Source of the DNA: Andalucia godoyi And28
Taxonomy: Eukaryota > Protista > Jakobida
Assembly: GCA_009859145.1 (NCBI GenBank)
Contig: VRVR01000031.1
Location: forward strand, 186,001-250,000
DNA length: 64,000 nucleotides
Reading direction: 5' to 3'
The position numbers and the translations under genes were made by a program. Under the pieces are notes generated by a model. It saw only the letters and a list, made by a program, of their open reading frames with translations. It made no database searches and was not told the DNA's origin. Below, one piece after another: positions 1-9,287 of the stretch. How positions within the stretch are numbered: the first letter of the stretch is position 1; every line of letters starts with the position of its first letter.

Positions 1-2513
1 GCAGGAAGACCATCCGTTACAAGATTAACCCACAAAAGTTGGACGGGCACAAGAGCCTCGGGCATTCCGAGAAGCGCGGTAAGCACGATGCAAACAACTT
101 CTCCAATGTTGGACGAAATCAGATAGCGAATAAACTGTTTGGTATTGTTGTAGATTGCACGACCTTCCTCAACTGCAGACACAATCGTGGAGAAGTTATC
201 GTCCGCAAGAATCATGTCGCACGCTCCCTTTGCAACCTCAGTTCCTGATCCCATCGCAATACCAATATCCGCAGCCTTCAGTGCAGAGGAGTCGTTAACG
301 CCGTCTCCCGTCATTGCAACCACTTGCGACCGTTCCTGCAACATGCGAACAATTTCCATCTTGTGCGACGGAATCACGCGAGAGAATACGACTGCATTCT
401 GGCATGCAACATTCTTCTCCGCAAGGGACATCGCACCAAACTCTCGACCAGTAAAAGAACGGCCTGCAAACGGGTTGGACGGATCAAAATTCGGCGACGC
501 AGACGATGACAGCGACGACGATGATGAAGAAGGAGCAGACGCAACATTCGCGGCAAGCCCAATGCGCTTGGCAATTGCTTCCGCAGTAACCTTGTTGTCA
601 CCGGTGATCATGACAACGCGAATTCCAGCAGTGTGGCATCGAGCAATGGCACTGAAAACCTCTTCCCGAGGCGGATCCAGCAGGCCCACCATTCCCACAA
701 ACGTGAGACCACTTTCGACACCTGCAAACTTGGCAGGATCCGCGAGCTCGTCTCGAGTAGGTGCTCCTGGCCCGACGCTGACAATCTCACGATACGCAAG
801 AGCAAGACAGCGCAAAGGAGTCTCACCCTCGGATCCGAACCTGTCCATCTCACTTTGAAGTCGCAGGCGACCAGTCGCAGACAAGTCCACAACCGAGCCG
901 TCGGAGCGCAACACATGTGAAGAGCGTTCAAGAATCGCTTCGGGAGCTCCCTTGACAAGCAACAACTGGTATGGAGTACGCTTTCCGGAAGACTGAGGAG
1001 TAACGATGACGGACATGGACTTTCTCTCTCGCGTAAATTCGAGAGTGGTTGTTGTCGCATAAAGTTGAGATAAAACCGAACTGGCAGCAAGCGGATTCGA
1101 CGTGGAAGAACGAGCCTCGATTCCCTGTCCGCTTCCTTCCAACAAACCAATCTTCTCGACAAGAACACGAAGCGCAGCTTCAGTGGGCTCACCCACACGT
1201 TCAAAAGCGGCTGACTTCTCACTGTACCGAACAGACGACTCGTTGCACAGTGCTGCAATTCGCGCAATCCAACGGAACACGGGGGCAGCAGCAGCGATGG
1301 AAGCAGACGGAAGATGTCCAATGGTCGGGTTGTACTGCGTATCGGAAACGTCGACTTCCTGAAGTTCCTGAGTCAATGTCGGAAGAGCGTACAACACTTT
1401 AACGGCCGACATGCGGTTCGTCGTCAATGTTCCCGTCTTGTCAGAGCAAATGACAGTGGTACAGCCAAGAGTTTCGACGGACGGAAGCGAGCGAACAATT
1501 GCATTTTTCTTCGCCATCTTGCGAGTTGCAAGAGCCAAACAAGTGGTGACAACGGCAGGAAGGCCCTCAGGAATGGCTGCAACAGCGAGGGCAACAGCAA
1601 TCTTGAAGTAATAGACGGCGCCTCGCAAGACTCCGCCGTGAGACGGATCCCAAAAGTGATTCACATTCAGAACCCACACGGCAATGCAGATGTACATGAT
1701 ATACTTTGCCAGATCCTCGCCGAATTCATCGAGCTTCTCCTGCAACGGAGTCTTGTTTGCTCCAACATCCTCGACATCCTGCTGAATCTTTCCGAGCTCG
1801 CAGTTCATTCCAGTGGCAACCACGACAGCAATACCTGAGCCGTAGACAATCGTCGTTCCAGAGAAGAGCATGTTCGTCTGACTCTGCAGCTCAAGGGATC
1901 CAGAGTCCTTTCCGCTAGCAACGATCGCATCCGGGAACTTGAGAACCGCGTCGGACTCACCGGTCATTGCGGATTGTTCCGCACGCAGCGTGGTTGAGGA
2001 GAGCGAAACAAGTCTGCAGTCAGCCGGAACCTTGTCTCCAACTCGAAGGACAAGGATATCACCAGGGACCAGTTCCGATGCCAGCACCGTCGATCGAACA
2101 CCAGAGTCACGGATGACCGTCGCATGCGAAGCAGCATATTCCTTCAGTGCCTCGATTGCAGCATCTGCCGACGACTCTTGCCAGATCCCAACAACAGCAT
2201 TTGCGATCAGGATTGCCAAGATCACAAGGGGCTCAACAAAAGCAGAGTTTCGCTCTTCAGGATCCGATTCTGTTAGTGCCAAAAGAAACGAAACTACAGC
2301 TGCAGCAAGCAAAATGCGCACAAGCTTGTCTTCAAACTGCTCAATGATCTTCGCCAGCAGAGACTCAGGCTCCTTAGCTTGCAGCGCATTCGGCCCATAC
2401 GTGCGGCGACGAGCAGCGAACTCAGCAGACGTCAGTCCAGTCTCTGCATTCACCTTTAGAATCGACAGGACAGAAGACGCCGGCAGCCGGTACGCGGGAA
2501 CGTCCCAATTCAT
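1..2513 (-). CDS. P-type IIA Ca2+-ATPase (SERCA-like), 3' part runs off the window
   Basis: Manual translation from ATG 2513 (in-frame TAA at 2580-2582 upstream): MNWDVPAYRL...YGPNAL...QFEDKLVRILL...TGES...AAIPEGLPAVVTTCLAL...CSDKTGTLT...QLLWVNLVTDGLPA at the window edge. Absent from the ORF track because no stop lies in the window. Confidence 0.95.
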   Translation of the reverse strand, partial: MNWDVPAYRLPASSVLSILKVNAETGLTSAEFAARRRTYGPNALQAKEPESLLAKIIEQFEDKLVRILLAAAVVSFLLALTESDPEERNSAFVEPLVILAILIANAVVGIWQESSADAAIEALKEYAASHATVIRDSGVRSTVLASELVPGDILVLRVGDKVPADCRLVSLSSTTLRAEQSAMTGESDAVLKFPDAIVASGKDSGSLELQSQTNMLFSGTTIVYGSGIAVVVATGMNCELGKIQQDVEDVGANKTPLQEKLDEFGEDLAKYIMYICIAVWVLNVNHFWDPSHGGVLRGAVYYFKIAVALAVAAIPEGLPAVVTTCLALATRKMAKKNAIVRSLPSVETLGCTTVICSDKTGTLTTNRMSAVKVLYALPTLTQELQEVDVSDTQYNPTIGHLPSASIAAAAPVFRWIARIAALCNESSVRYSEKSAAFERVGEPTEAALRVLVEKIGLLEGSGQGIEARSSTSNPLAASSVLSQLYATTTTLEFTRERKSMSVIVTPQSSGKRTPYQLLLVKGAPEAILERSSHVLRSDGSVVDLSATGRLRLQSEMDRFGSEGETPLRCLALAYREIVSVGPGAPTRDELADPAKFAGVESGLTFVGMVGLLDPPREEVFSAIARCHTAGIRVVMITGDNKVTAEAIAKRIGLAANVASAPSSSSSSLSSSASPNFDPSNPFAGRSFTGREFGAMSLAEKNVACQNAVVFSRVIPSHKMEIVRMLQERSQVVAMTGDGVNDSSALKAADIGIAMGSGTEVAKGACDMILADDNFSTIVSAVEEGRAIYNNTKQFIRYLISSNIGEVVCIVLTALLGMPEALVPVQLLWVNLVTDGLP

Positions 2514-2624
2514 ATCTGTAACGAATATGAAGCACCCCCAAGCAACGACAACAACAGCAACAAACCAAAAAAGTAATTTTTAAAAACAAAAAAGAGAAAA
2601 CAAAAAACAAAAAAGATGAAGTTG

Positions 2625-2626
<2 letters not shown>

Positions 2627-2665
<39 letters not shown>

Positions 2666-2685
2666 AGAGAAAGAGAAAGAGAGAG
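2627..2685. repeat. (GA)n microsatellite
   Basis: Long GAGAGA run upstream of the Ca-ATPase start. Confidence 0.9.
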
Positions 2686-2826
2686 ATGGTACGAAGACAC
2701 AAAAAGGTTGGCGACTTTTTGTTTTCTGTTTTGTTTTGTTTGACAGTGCAAGTTTCACGAGCTGTCGACGTGGAATGCTTGGGGGAAGCGTCAGCATCAA
2801 GCCGTAGTTGAATACCTAAAGTTCGA

Positions 2827-3664
2827 ATGACAACCCAAACGTCTTGTGGGACAGGCGATAGCATGGTTGAGTTGACAGCCGTCGACCTCCGACGAAAAAT
2901 GGATTGTTTCTGTATTGGCGCAGCATGCGAGCCCAAATTCTTGGGAGAGGTATGCGTTTGGAGGAGAGCATTTATAATCATTATTTTAGTATATTTAAAA
3001 TAAAGGATTTCTGTTGTTCTTTTCCTTTTGTTTTATGTGATGTTTTATGTTATTGTTGTTGTTGTTGCAGAGCACAGATATTTGATTTGATTACGAGCCT
3101 ACTGCGCATAGAGAGATTTTCGGAGATGCCGCGAAAGATTGAAGAAAAGGAATGGAACGCGCTGAAAGATCGGATTAAGAGAATGCTGTTTGAAGAACAA
3201 AGATCCAACATTGCCCAAGGCCGTCGGATGAGCTGTATGCCTTCTTCTTCTGTCCTTTCAGTTTCCTTCTGTTCGCCGTTTCTTGAGCTTGACAAACAAC
3301 AAAGAAACCATCATCTGTTAACTAACATTTTTGTTCTGTTTTTGTTATGATTGATTACGGGCTGCTGAAAAAATCAAAACAAACAGTTATTGATTCTCCG
3401 GAGAGTGTAACGGAGCGAAACAAGGCGATAGTGGACCAGCTTGTGCTTGATCTCAAGGCCTCCAAACGCATGCGGTCTCTGTCGCTTACGGCGGCTTCTC
3501 CTCGAACACCCCTCTCGCCACTGTCCTCCGCTTCTCGATTCCCAGTGTCAGCATCAGCCTCAGCATCGACTCTCTCTCGCAAATGCTCCATGAAACTCTC
3601 GGATTCACAGCAACTGCAGCTCCTCAATCTGGATCAGATCTGGCACAATTTGCAAGAGTCATGA
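2827..3664 (+). CDS. Hypothetical protein, 3 exons (2827-2949, 3078-3234, 3387-3664; about 185 aa)
   Basis: GTATGC donors at 2950 and 3235, CAG acceptors at 3077 and 3386, ACTAAC branch-like motif near 3321. Exon phases (0, 1) join into one open frame ending at the 3664 stop. No family recognised. Confidence 0.55.
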
Positions 3665-3732
3665 GTAGACAAGATGAAGAAGAGGGTGGTAAAGCATTGC
3701 CTCACTTCCTGCTCACCCGCTGTTCCTTCTTC

Positions 3733-4209
3733 TTACTCCACGAATGGATCCAGCCTCATTTGGGTGTAGCAGTGTTTCTGACGAAATCGGGGGTCGTGGC
3801 ACTCCCTGAAGCCGAGCTTGTGGTAGCACCAGACTGCGGCGATGTTATCCAATCGGACATTCAGCACAATCGACATTCCCCGTTCGCGCAATTCTTGCAT
3901 GACAGGCTCCAGCATTGCACAGCAGTACCCCTTTCCTCGTTGAGCATACGAAATGAACGCTCCGTGCAAGTACCGCGTCGTAGCATCGCCTGCGAATGTT
4001 GCGATAAAAAAGTACCCCACTGCAACATCGTTCTCTATGAATATATATCCTTCGTTCTCGGCAATCGCAACAGCCTTGCTCGGCATCCACTGGGGCGCTT
4101 GCAGATCGTCCCGAAAAAACGTTTCGCGCGGCTTGACTTGGGCAACGCACTCGGCGAACCGCAGCAGATCTTCATTGGTGCACGAAGACCGCGCAACTTT
4201 GAAATACAT
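3733..4209 (-). CDS. GNAT-family N-acetyltransferase
   Basis: Motif A-like ISYAQRGKGYC and motif B-like NIAAVWCYHKLGF; first in-frame ATG at 4209, start uncertain. Confidence 0.8.
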   Translation of the reverse strand: MYFKVARSSCTNEDLLRFAECVAQVKPRETFFRDDLQAPQWMPSKAVAIAENEGYIFIENDVAVGYFFIATFAGDATTRYLHGAFISYAQRGKGYCCAMLEPVMQELRERGMSIVLNVRLDNIAAVWCYHKLGFRECHDPRFRQKHCYTQMRLDPFVE

Positions 4210-4449
4210 CCACACGCAGAAAGACAAGTCGTTGGTGCATTCCGAAGATGCATTCCAAGAAAAAAAAAAAAACAAGAAAAGAAAGCAAGGAAGGAAAGAA
4301 AAATAAATAGAAAGGGAGCTTCCTTTTTTTATGAAGTGCAGGAGTGCTCGCTCAGCGTCGTTGTTGTGTCCGAGACTCGGAGGAGAGCAGAAATCAAAGT
4401 AATTGGAGTAAACGGTAAAACACGGTGGTGAGAATATGATGATTTATTT

Positions 4450-5088
4450 TTAAGAGTCCTCTTCGTCGTCTTGGAGGGGTTGCTTGGTCGCTTCTTCGAG
4501 TTCAGCTTCCATCTGTGCCTGTGCGTCGGCATCGAGGTGGACTTCTGCAGGGAAGAGTGCGGTTTCTCCGACGAATGAAAGATCGTTTCTTCCGGTAAGC
4601 TTCTTTGCGAGCCAGAGGAAGGGCTTTTCGAACTGGTAGTTTGATTTTGCAGAGATTTCATAGTACTGCAAGTTCTTCTTGCGGTGGAAGGTGACGTTCT
4701 TGGGCTTGACTTTGCGGTCCTTGACATCAACCTTGTTTCCACAGAGTACGATGGGGATGTTGTCGCACACCCTCACGATGTCGCGGTGCCATGTAGCCAC
4801 ATTCTTGTACGTCTGGCGCGAAGTAACATCGAACATGATGATTGCACACTGGCCTTGGATGTAGTATCCGTCGCGCAGTCCTCCAAACTTCTCCTGTCCA
4901 GCAGTGTCCCACACATTGAAGCAGATATCTCCGTAGTTGGTCGTGAAACGAATGGGATGCACCTCCGCCCCAACCGTCGGAACATACGACTTTTCAAACT
5001 CTCCCGACTTGTGACGCTTCACAAACGTCGTCTTGCCGACGGCGCCATCGCCTACCAAAAGACACTTTGCAGTCGGAATCTGGGCCAT
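4450..5088 (-). CDS. RAN: GTP-binding nuclear protein Ran
   Basis: [56 protein letters not shown], acidic tail DDEEDS. Confidence 0.97.
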   Translation of the reverse strand: MAQIPTAKCLLVGDGAVGKTTFVKRHKSGEFEKSYVPTVGAEVHPIRFTTNYGDICFNVWDTAGQEKFGGLRDGYYIQGQCAIIMFDVTSRQTYKNVATWHRDIVRVCDNIPIVLCGNKVDVKDRKVKPKNVTFHRKKNLQYYEISAKSNYQFEKPFLWLAKKLTGRNDLSFVGETALFPAEVHLDADAQAQMEAELEEATKQPLQDDEEDS

Positions 5089-5523
5089 TTCTTCACAAAA
5101 CTTGCACTTGTACCAAGAAAGAGACTCGAAATATTATCACCCTGTGGACACAGAAAGAGACGGGCAGAAAGAAGTAAAAAAACAAGGGAAGAGAATTTAA
5201 CCCAAAAAACAAAACAAAACAAAACAAAACCTATATATGCAAATTAAAAAAACAAAAACAAAAACAAAGAGGTAAGCGTCGCGTGTGACGTCGTCATTCA
5301 GCTGATGAAAAATCAAGTGTGTGCAAATTAGGAGAACCAGAGGGACTTACAGGGGAGGCTGCACCGTGGTAAGCGCGACGCTGACAGGTCAGTGCCTCTG
5401 TTAAGCACTGGAGACGCGCCTTCCCCCCCTTTTGCCGCTTAAAACGTCCGTAGATGAAGATTGCTGTTCCACGTCCGTAGTGACTTGTTAGGCGACGAAG
5501 CGTACTCTTTTGAATGTTTTTCA

Positions 5524-6126
5524 CGCCTACATTATATACACTGAACATGCATATCCACGAATAGACATGCATATTCAGTCTTGCATCCCGTTGCCGGGAA
5601 GGGGATAGGCCCCAACACGCCTCACGGCGCTCTTCAGATAGATGCTCCGCGCTCCGTTCCCAATCTCGATCAATCGGTGAGCCACTTTCTCAGCGTGGCA
5701 CGTTGTTCCTGAGAAGGGTGCATTTTGATGCTGACGGTCCTAGCAGCAGGCGCTTTCGTGTCCGCAGTTGCAGCGATTGATGCAACTGGAGATACGAGGG
5801 TAGGAAGAGGCGGTCGGCGTAGTGACACGTGGTCTCTTAGGAGGTCTGCGGGACCTAGGAGGCCCTGTATCGAGCGGCGTAGGCGTAGGCGAATGCGTCA
5901 TCCCAGCACACTCACGCCCATATTTGAATAAAAAGAGTGAAACCAAAAAAAGTGAAACCCACGAATGATAGAATAGATGGCTACGGATGCTGCGTTAAAG
6001 AGTGTCGAAAATGCGGAGCCTGTGTCACCGGCTGAATTTTGGCCGAGCGTGCGTAAGCACGAATTCACCGTGTCTGTTTATGTGTACTTCCGTATGCATG
6101 ACAATGACCTGTCATTATTCACGGTT
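5524..6126 (-). repeat. Dispersed hairpin-rich non-coding element, copy 1 (inverted relative to copy 2)
   Basis: Block-wise near identity to the reverse complement of 42133-42621; several hairpins; carries two private insertions. Confidence 0.9.
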
Positions 6127-6414
6127 CTGTCGTGCATTATTTCCTTTCGTACTTTTCTTTTCGTATTTTTCCTTTGCCATTTCCTATTTTTTTCTTCTTC
6201 TTTTCATTTCTTGTTTGATTAGCTTGTCTTTTTTTCTTTTCTTTTCCCCCCTTGTTGTTCGTTTGCAAGGGGTTTGTTCGTTGGCTGTGAACTCACTTAT
6301 CCGTATCCACAGCAGTGCAAAAAGATGCCATCGGATCGTCTGGCGGAACTTCGCCGAGTATGTCCCATCCATCCATTTTGAGCTGTCTTTCTATTGCCTC
6401 TCTGTTTTTGATTT

Positions 6415-6454
6415 CAGAATTCCAGAATTCCAGAATTTCAGAATTTCAGAATTT
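6415..6454. repeat. Short tandem repeat (CAGAATTY)x5
   Basis: cagaattc cagaattc cagaattt cagaattt cagaattt upstream of the syntaxin gene. Confidence 0.8.
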
Positions 6455-6559
6455 GGTGATTTTTAAAAAATAATAATTTTTATTTTAATAATTTAAAAAA
6501 ACAAAATGATACTCACTGTTGTTCTCGGTTTGTTGTTTTTTGTCGATGGTGTGCGATAG

Positions 6560-7507
6560 ATGCGAGCTGCGAAAGATGTAGAGTCTCAGGAGTCAACGTC
6601 ACATGGCGGCGGTGGTGGCGGAGGAGGGGGAGGAGGAGGAGGCAAGGGTTCGGATGATGGGTCGGCAGCAGCGGAAGCGTCCGAGTCTGAGATTGCGACG
6701 AGTGCTGCGCTGGATGATTTTTTTGCGCAAGCAGAGGGAGTTCAGACGAGTCTTGGGAAGGTGGATTCCAATATTACGGCGATGGAGAAGCTTCAATCAC
6801 AGATCATGAACAACACGATCCCGGAGAAGCATGCAAAATATGCAGACCAAATGGACGGTGTCATGGATGAGACGAGTGCGATACTGAACGGGGTGAAGAA
6901 GGCACTGGACGAAATGAAGACGACGAGCGATGCAAAGACGGCAAAGGACGGGGTTTCGTCAATGTCGCGTATTCAGGAAAACCAGCATCGGCAACTCTCC
7001 AAGGAGTTCGTAGAGGCGATTAAGAGGTTTCAGGCTGCACAGACAGGGTTCCGGGAAAAGACGCGGGATCGCATTCGTCGAGAAGTGACGATTGTGAATC
7101 CAGATGCGACAGAAGACGAGATTGAGGAAGCTGTGGAGTCCGGCGGTCAGTCAGTGTTTGAAAATGGAATGCAAGGACAGAAGCATGCGGAAGTGCGACA
7201 AGCGTACGAAATGATCCAGGAGCAGCACCGCGACATTCTGAAGATCGAAGAGTCGCTTGCTGAGCTGCATTCCATGTTTGTGGACATGGCAGCACTCGTC
7301 GATATGCAGTCCGAAGTCCTCGACAACGTTGAAAAGAACGTCGGAAAGGCCCTGGACTATACCGAGCAGGGTGTCAATGAGCTCAAGAAGGCGTCCAAGT
7401 ACCAGAAGGCCGCCCGCAAGAAAATGTGCTTCCTCATCGCCATCTTTGTTGTCATCGCCGTTGTCATCGCCGCATCTGTTGTTGGCGGAACTCAAACACA
7501 GGCTTGA
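6560..7507 (+). CDS. Syntaxin (Qa-SNARE, plasma-membrane/syntaxin-1-like)
   Basis: Habc-like helices, SNARE motif IQEQHRDILKIEESLAELHSMFVDMAALVDMQSEVLDNVE, C-terminal TM segment. Confidence 0.93.
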   Translation: MRAAKDVESQESTSHGGGGGGGGGGGGGKGSDDGSAAAEASESEIATSAALDDFFAQAEGVQTSLGKVDSNITAMEKLQSQIMNNTIPEKHAKYADQMDGVMDETSAILNGVKKALDEMKTTSDAKTAKDGVSSMSRIQENQHRQLSKEFVEAIKRFQAAQTGFREKTRDRIRREVTIVNPDATEDEIEEAVESGGQSVFENGMQGQKHAEVRQAYEMIQEQHRDILKIEESLAELHSMFVDMAALVDMQSEVLDNVEKNVGKALDYTEQGVNELKKASKYQKAARKKMCFLIAIFVVIAVVIAASVVGGTQTQA

Positions 7508-7695
7508 CAATCTTGTCCGATGATCTTCTTCTTCTTCTTCTTCGTTTTCTTTTTTCTTTTTTCTTTTTTCGCTTTTCTGTCTCTTCTCTTTCTTCTGTTG
7601 TTATTGTCATTGTTTCTTTGTTTCTTTATTTTGTTATTATATGAATGATTTTCTTCTTGTCATAAAGAACTTGCCAGTTGTCTTCATCTTGTGAA

Positions 7696-8316
7696 ATGGA
7701 GGAAGAGGCGCGCCGGATCGTTGAACTGACATATGTCGAGTACGATGCATCGGTGGGGTTTCCGTCTCTGATGCTCGCACTTGGCGCACTCGTTCCTCAG
7801 TTGGTTCTCGTTTCACTGTTTGTGCTCGTGTACTTTGGCCCCTCCTTGCGCCGACGCCAAGCGGTCTCGATCCTACTGGGTCTGATCGCCAACCAGGTGC
7901 TCAACCACGTCCTGAAGCTCGTCGTCAGGGAGCCGCGGCCGACACACGGAGTTCAGATCAAGTCCCACTATGGCTGGCCGTCTGCCCATGCGCAATTCAT
8001 GGGGTTCTACACGGCATTCGTCGCGTGTCTCATGCATCTTCAGCGCCACTCGTCCAAGTCATCCGCACTCGCCCACTCCATCCTGAACATCCTCCTGACC
8101 ATCCACGTTGTCATCTCCCGAGTCGCTTTCGGATTCCACACCACAAACCAGGTCATCTGGGGCGTCATCGTGGGTTTGCCTGCAGGGTTTGGATGGCATC
8201 TGCTTTTGCAGACTTGGGCAAACTGGTCCACTGCAAAGTCCCTCCTCGTCGCCAGTTCTCCTTCCAATCACTCAGCCCTTGCGAACTCTGCGCGTCGACT
8301 CAACGGGCAATCATAG
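7696..8316 (+). CDS. DOLPP1: Dolichyldiphosphatase-like PAP2 phosphatase
   Basis: LTYVEYD N-terminus; PAP2 motifs KLVVREPRP, PSAHAQFM, SRVAFGFHTTNQV. Confidence 0.85.
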   Translation: MEEEARRIVELTYVEYDASVGFPSLMLALGALVPQLVLVSLFVLVYFGPSLRRRQAVSILLGLIANQVLNHVLKLVVREPRPTHGVQIKSHYGWPSAHAQFMGFYTAFVACLMHLQRHSSKSSALAHSILNILLTIHVVISRVAFGFHTTNQVIWGVIVGLPAGFGWHLLLQTWANWSTAKSLLVASSPSNHSALANSARRLNGQS

Positions 8317-8463
8317 CAGAGCGGCGACGTCGTCTTTCACCGCATGCTCCTTTTAGAAACCTCATTACCATTATATGTACACACACTCTCCCCGCAACAC
8401 CACAATGCAGAAACGAAGAGGAATGGAAGAAAAAGAAAGGCAAAAAAAAAAAATATCGAACGC

Positions 8464-8536
8464 TAACCGAGGTGGGGATTGAACCCACGATCTCCGAGGT
8501 GTAAACTCGGCATCCTAACCACTAGACGACTCGGTT
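8464..8536 (-). tRNA. tRNA-Val(UAC)
   Basis: 73-nt cloverleaf: acceptor AACCGAG/CTCGGTT, discriminator A73, anticodon arm CCGAG-TT TAC AC-CTCGG, T arm GTGGG-TTCAATC-CCCAC. Confidence 0.9.
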
Positions 8537-8655
8537 TTGAACATCACGGAATCGACAGAATGCGAGACATAAAGAATTTGTCTACAACTACGGTCAGCAG
8601 AAGAGACACGAGTAAAACAGGAGAGGGAATAAGTGAACCAGAGGGAAGAGAGCGT

Positions 8656-8832
8656 TTACTGCTTTCGAGTTTCTGAAGTGGTGCTGTTTTGAGCCGGAGA
8701 AATATCGCTGATTGTGTCGCGGGAATCTGCCGTCTCTTGCGACCGTTTCCCCTTTGCGAGGTTCTGATCCGTCTTTTGCTCCACGAGATTCTTGTCCTTG
8801 TTGTTCATGAAGTGGCTCTGTGCTGCTCCCAT
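8656..8832 (-). CDS. Possible small N-myristoylated protein (58 aa)
   Basis: ATG after a pyrimidine-rich spacer; MGAAQS fits the M-G-x-x-x-S motif; short and no homology recognised. Confidence 0.3.
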   Translation of the reverse strand: MGAAQSHFMNNKDKNLVEQKTDQNLAKGKRSQETADSRDTISDISPAQNSTTSETRKQ

Positions 8833-8864
8833 TGCGTTGCTTGCAAGAGGGACGGGAAGAAGAA

Positions 8865-8895
<31 letters not shown>

Positions 8896-9085
8896 AGGGA
8901 GAAAAAAAAAGGAAGCGGGAGACAACACGAAATTGAGGGTCGGACGACGCGGGAAACGTATGTCAACGAACGTAGGCAGCCGCACAGTCGAACTTCCACT
9001 AGGGGCACGCTTTTTTCTTGGATTGGGAAGGGCAGAACGGACAGACGAATGAAGACTGATTCTCCTGCGACTCACTGCATCTCGT

Positions 9086-9158
9086 TCCGCTATAGCTCAG
9101 TAGGTAGAGCGCTCGGCTGTTAACCGGTAGGTCCTAGGTTCGATCCCTAGTGGCGGAG
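9086..9158 (+). tRNA. tRNA-Asn(GUU)
   Basis: TCCGCTA/TGGCGGA acceptor, TAGCTCAGTAGGTAGAGC D arm, CT GTT AA loop, GGTTCGATCC T arm, followed by a T run. Confidence 0.95.
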
Positions 9159-9287
9159 CTTTAATTTTTTTTTCTTCTGTTCCCGTGCTCGTTGTTAGTC
9201 TGTTCTTATTTTTTCATTTACGAGCGTTGAGGAAAGGAATGCAGCACAAATGACAAAAGCTGCTGCACCAGGCCAAGCAGAGGGGAG

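Noticed and set aside
187-2583. Long plus-strand ORFs (187-858, 1314-1838, 1939-2583)
   Set aside because: Antisense shadows of the SERCA gene. The same applies to most listed ORFs overlapping real genes (e.g. 3583-4431, 15787-16614, 49912-50754).
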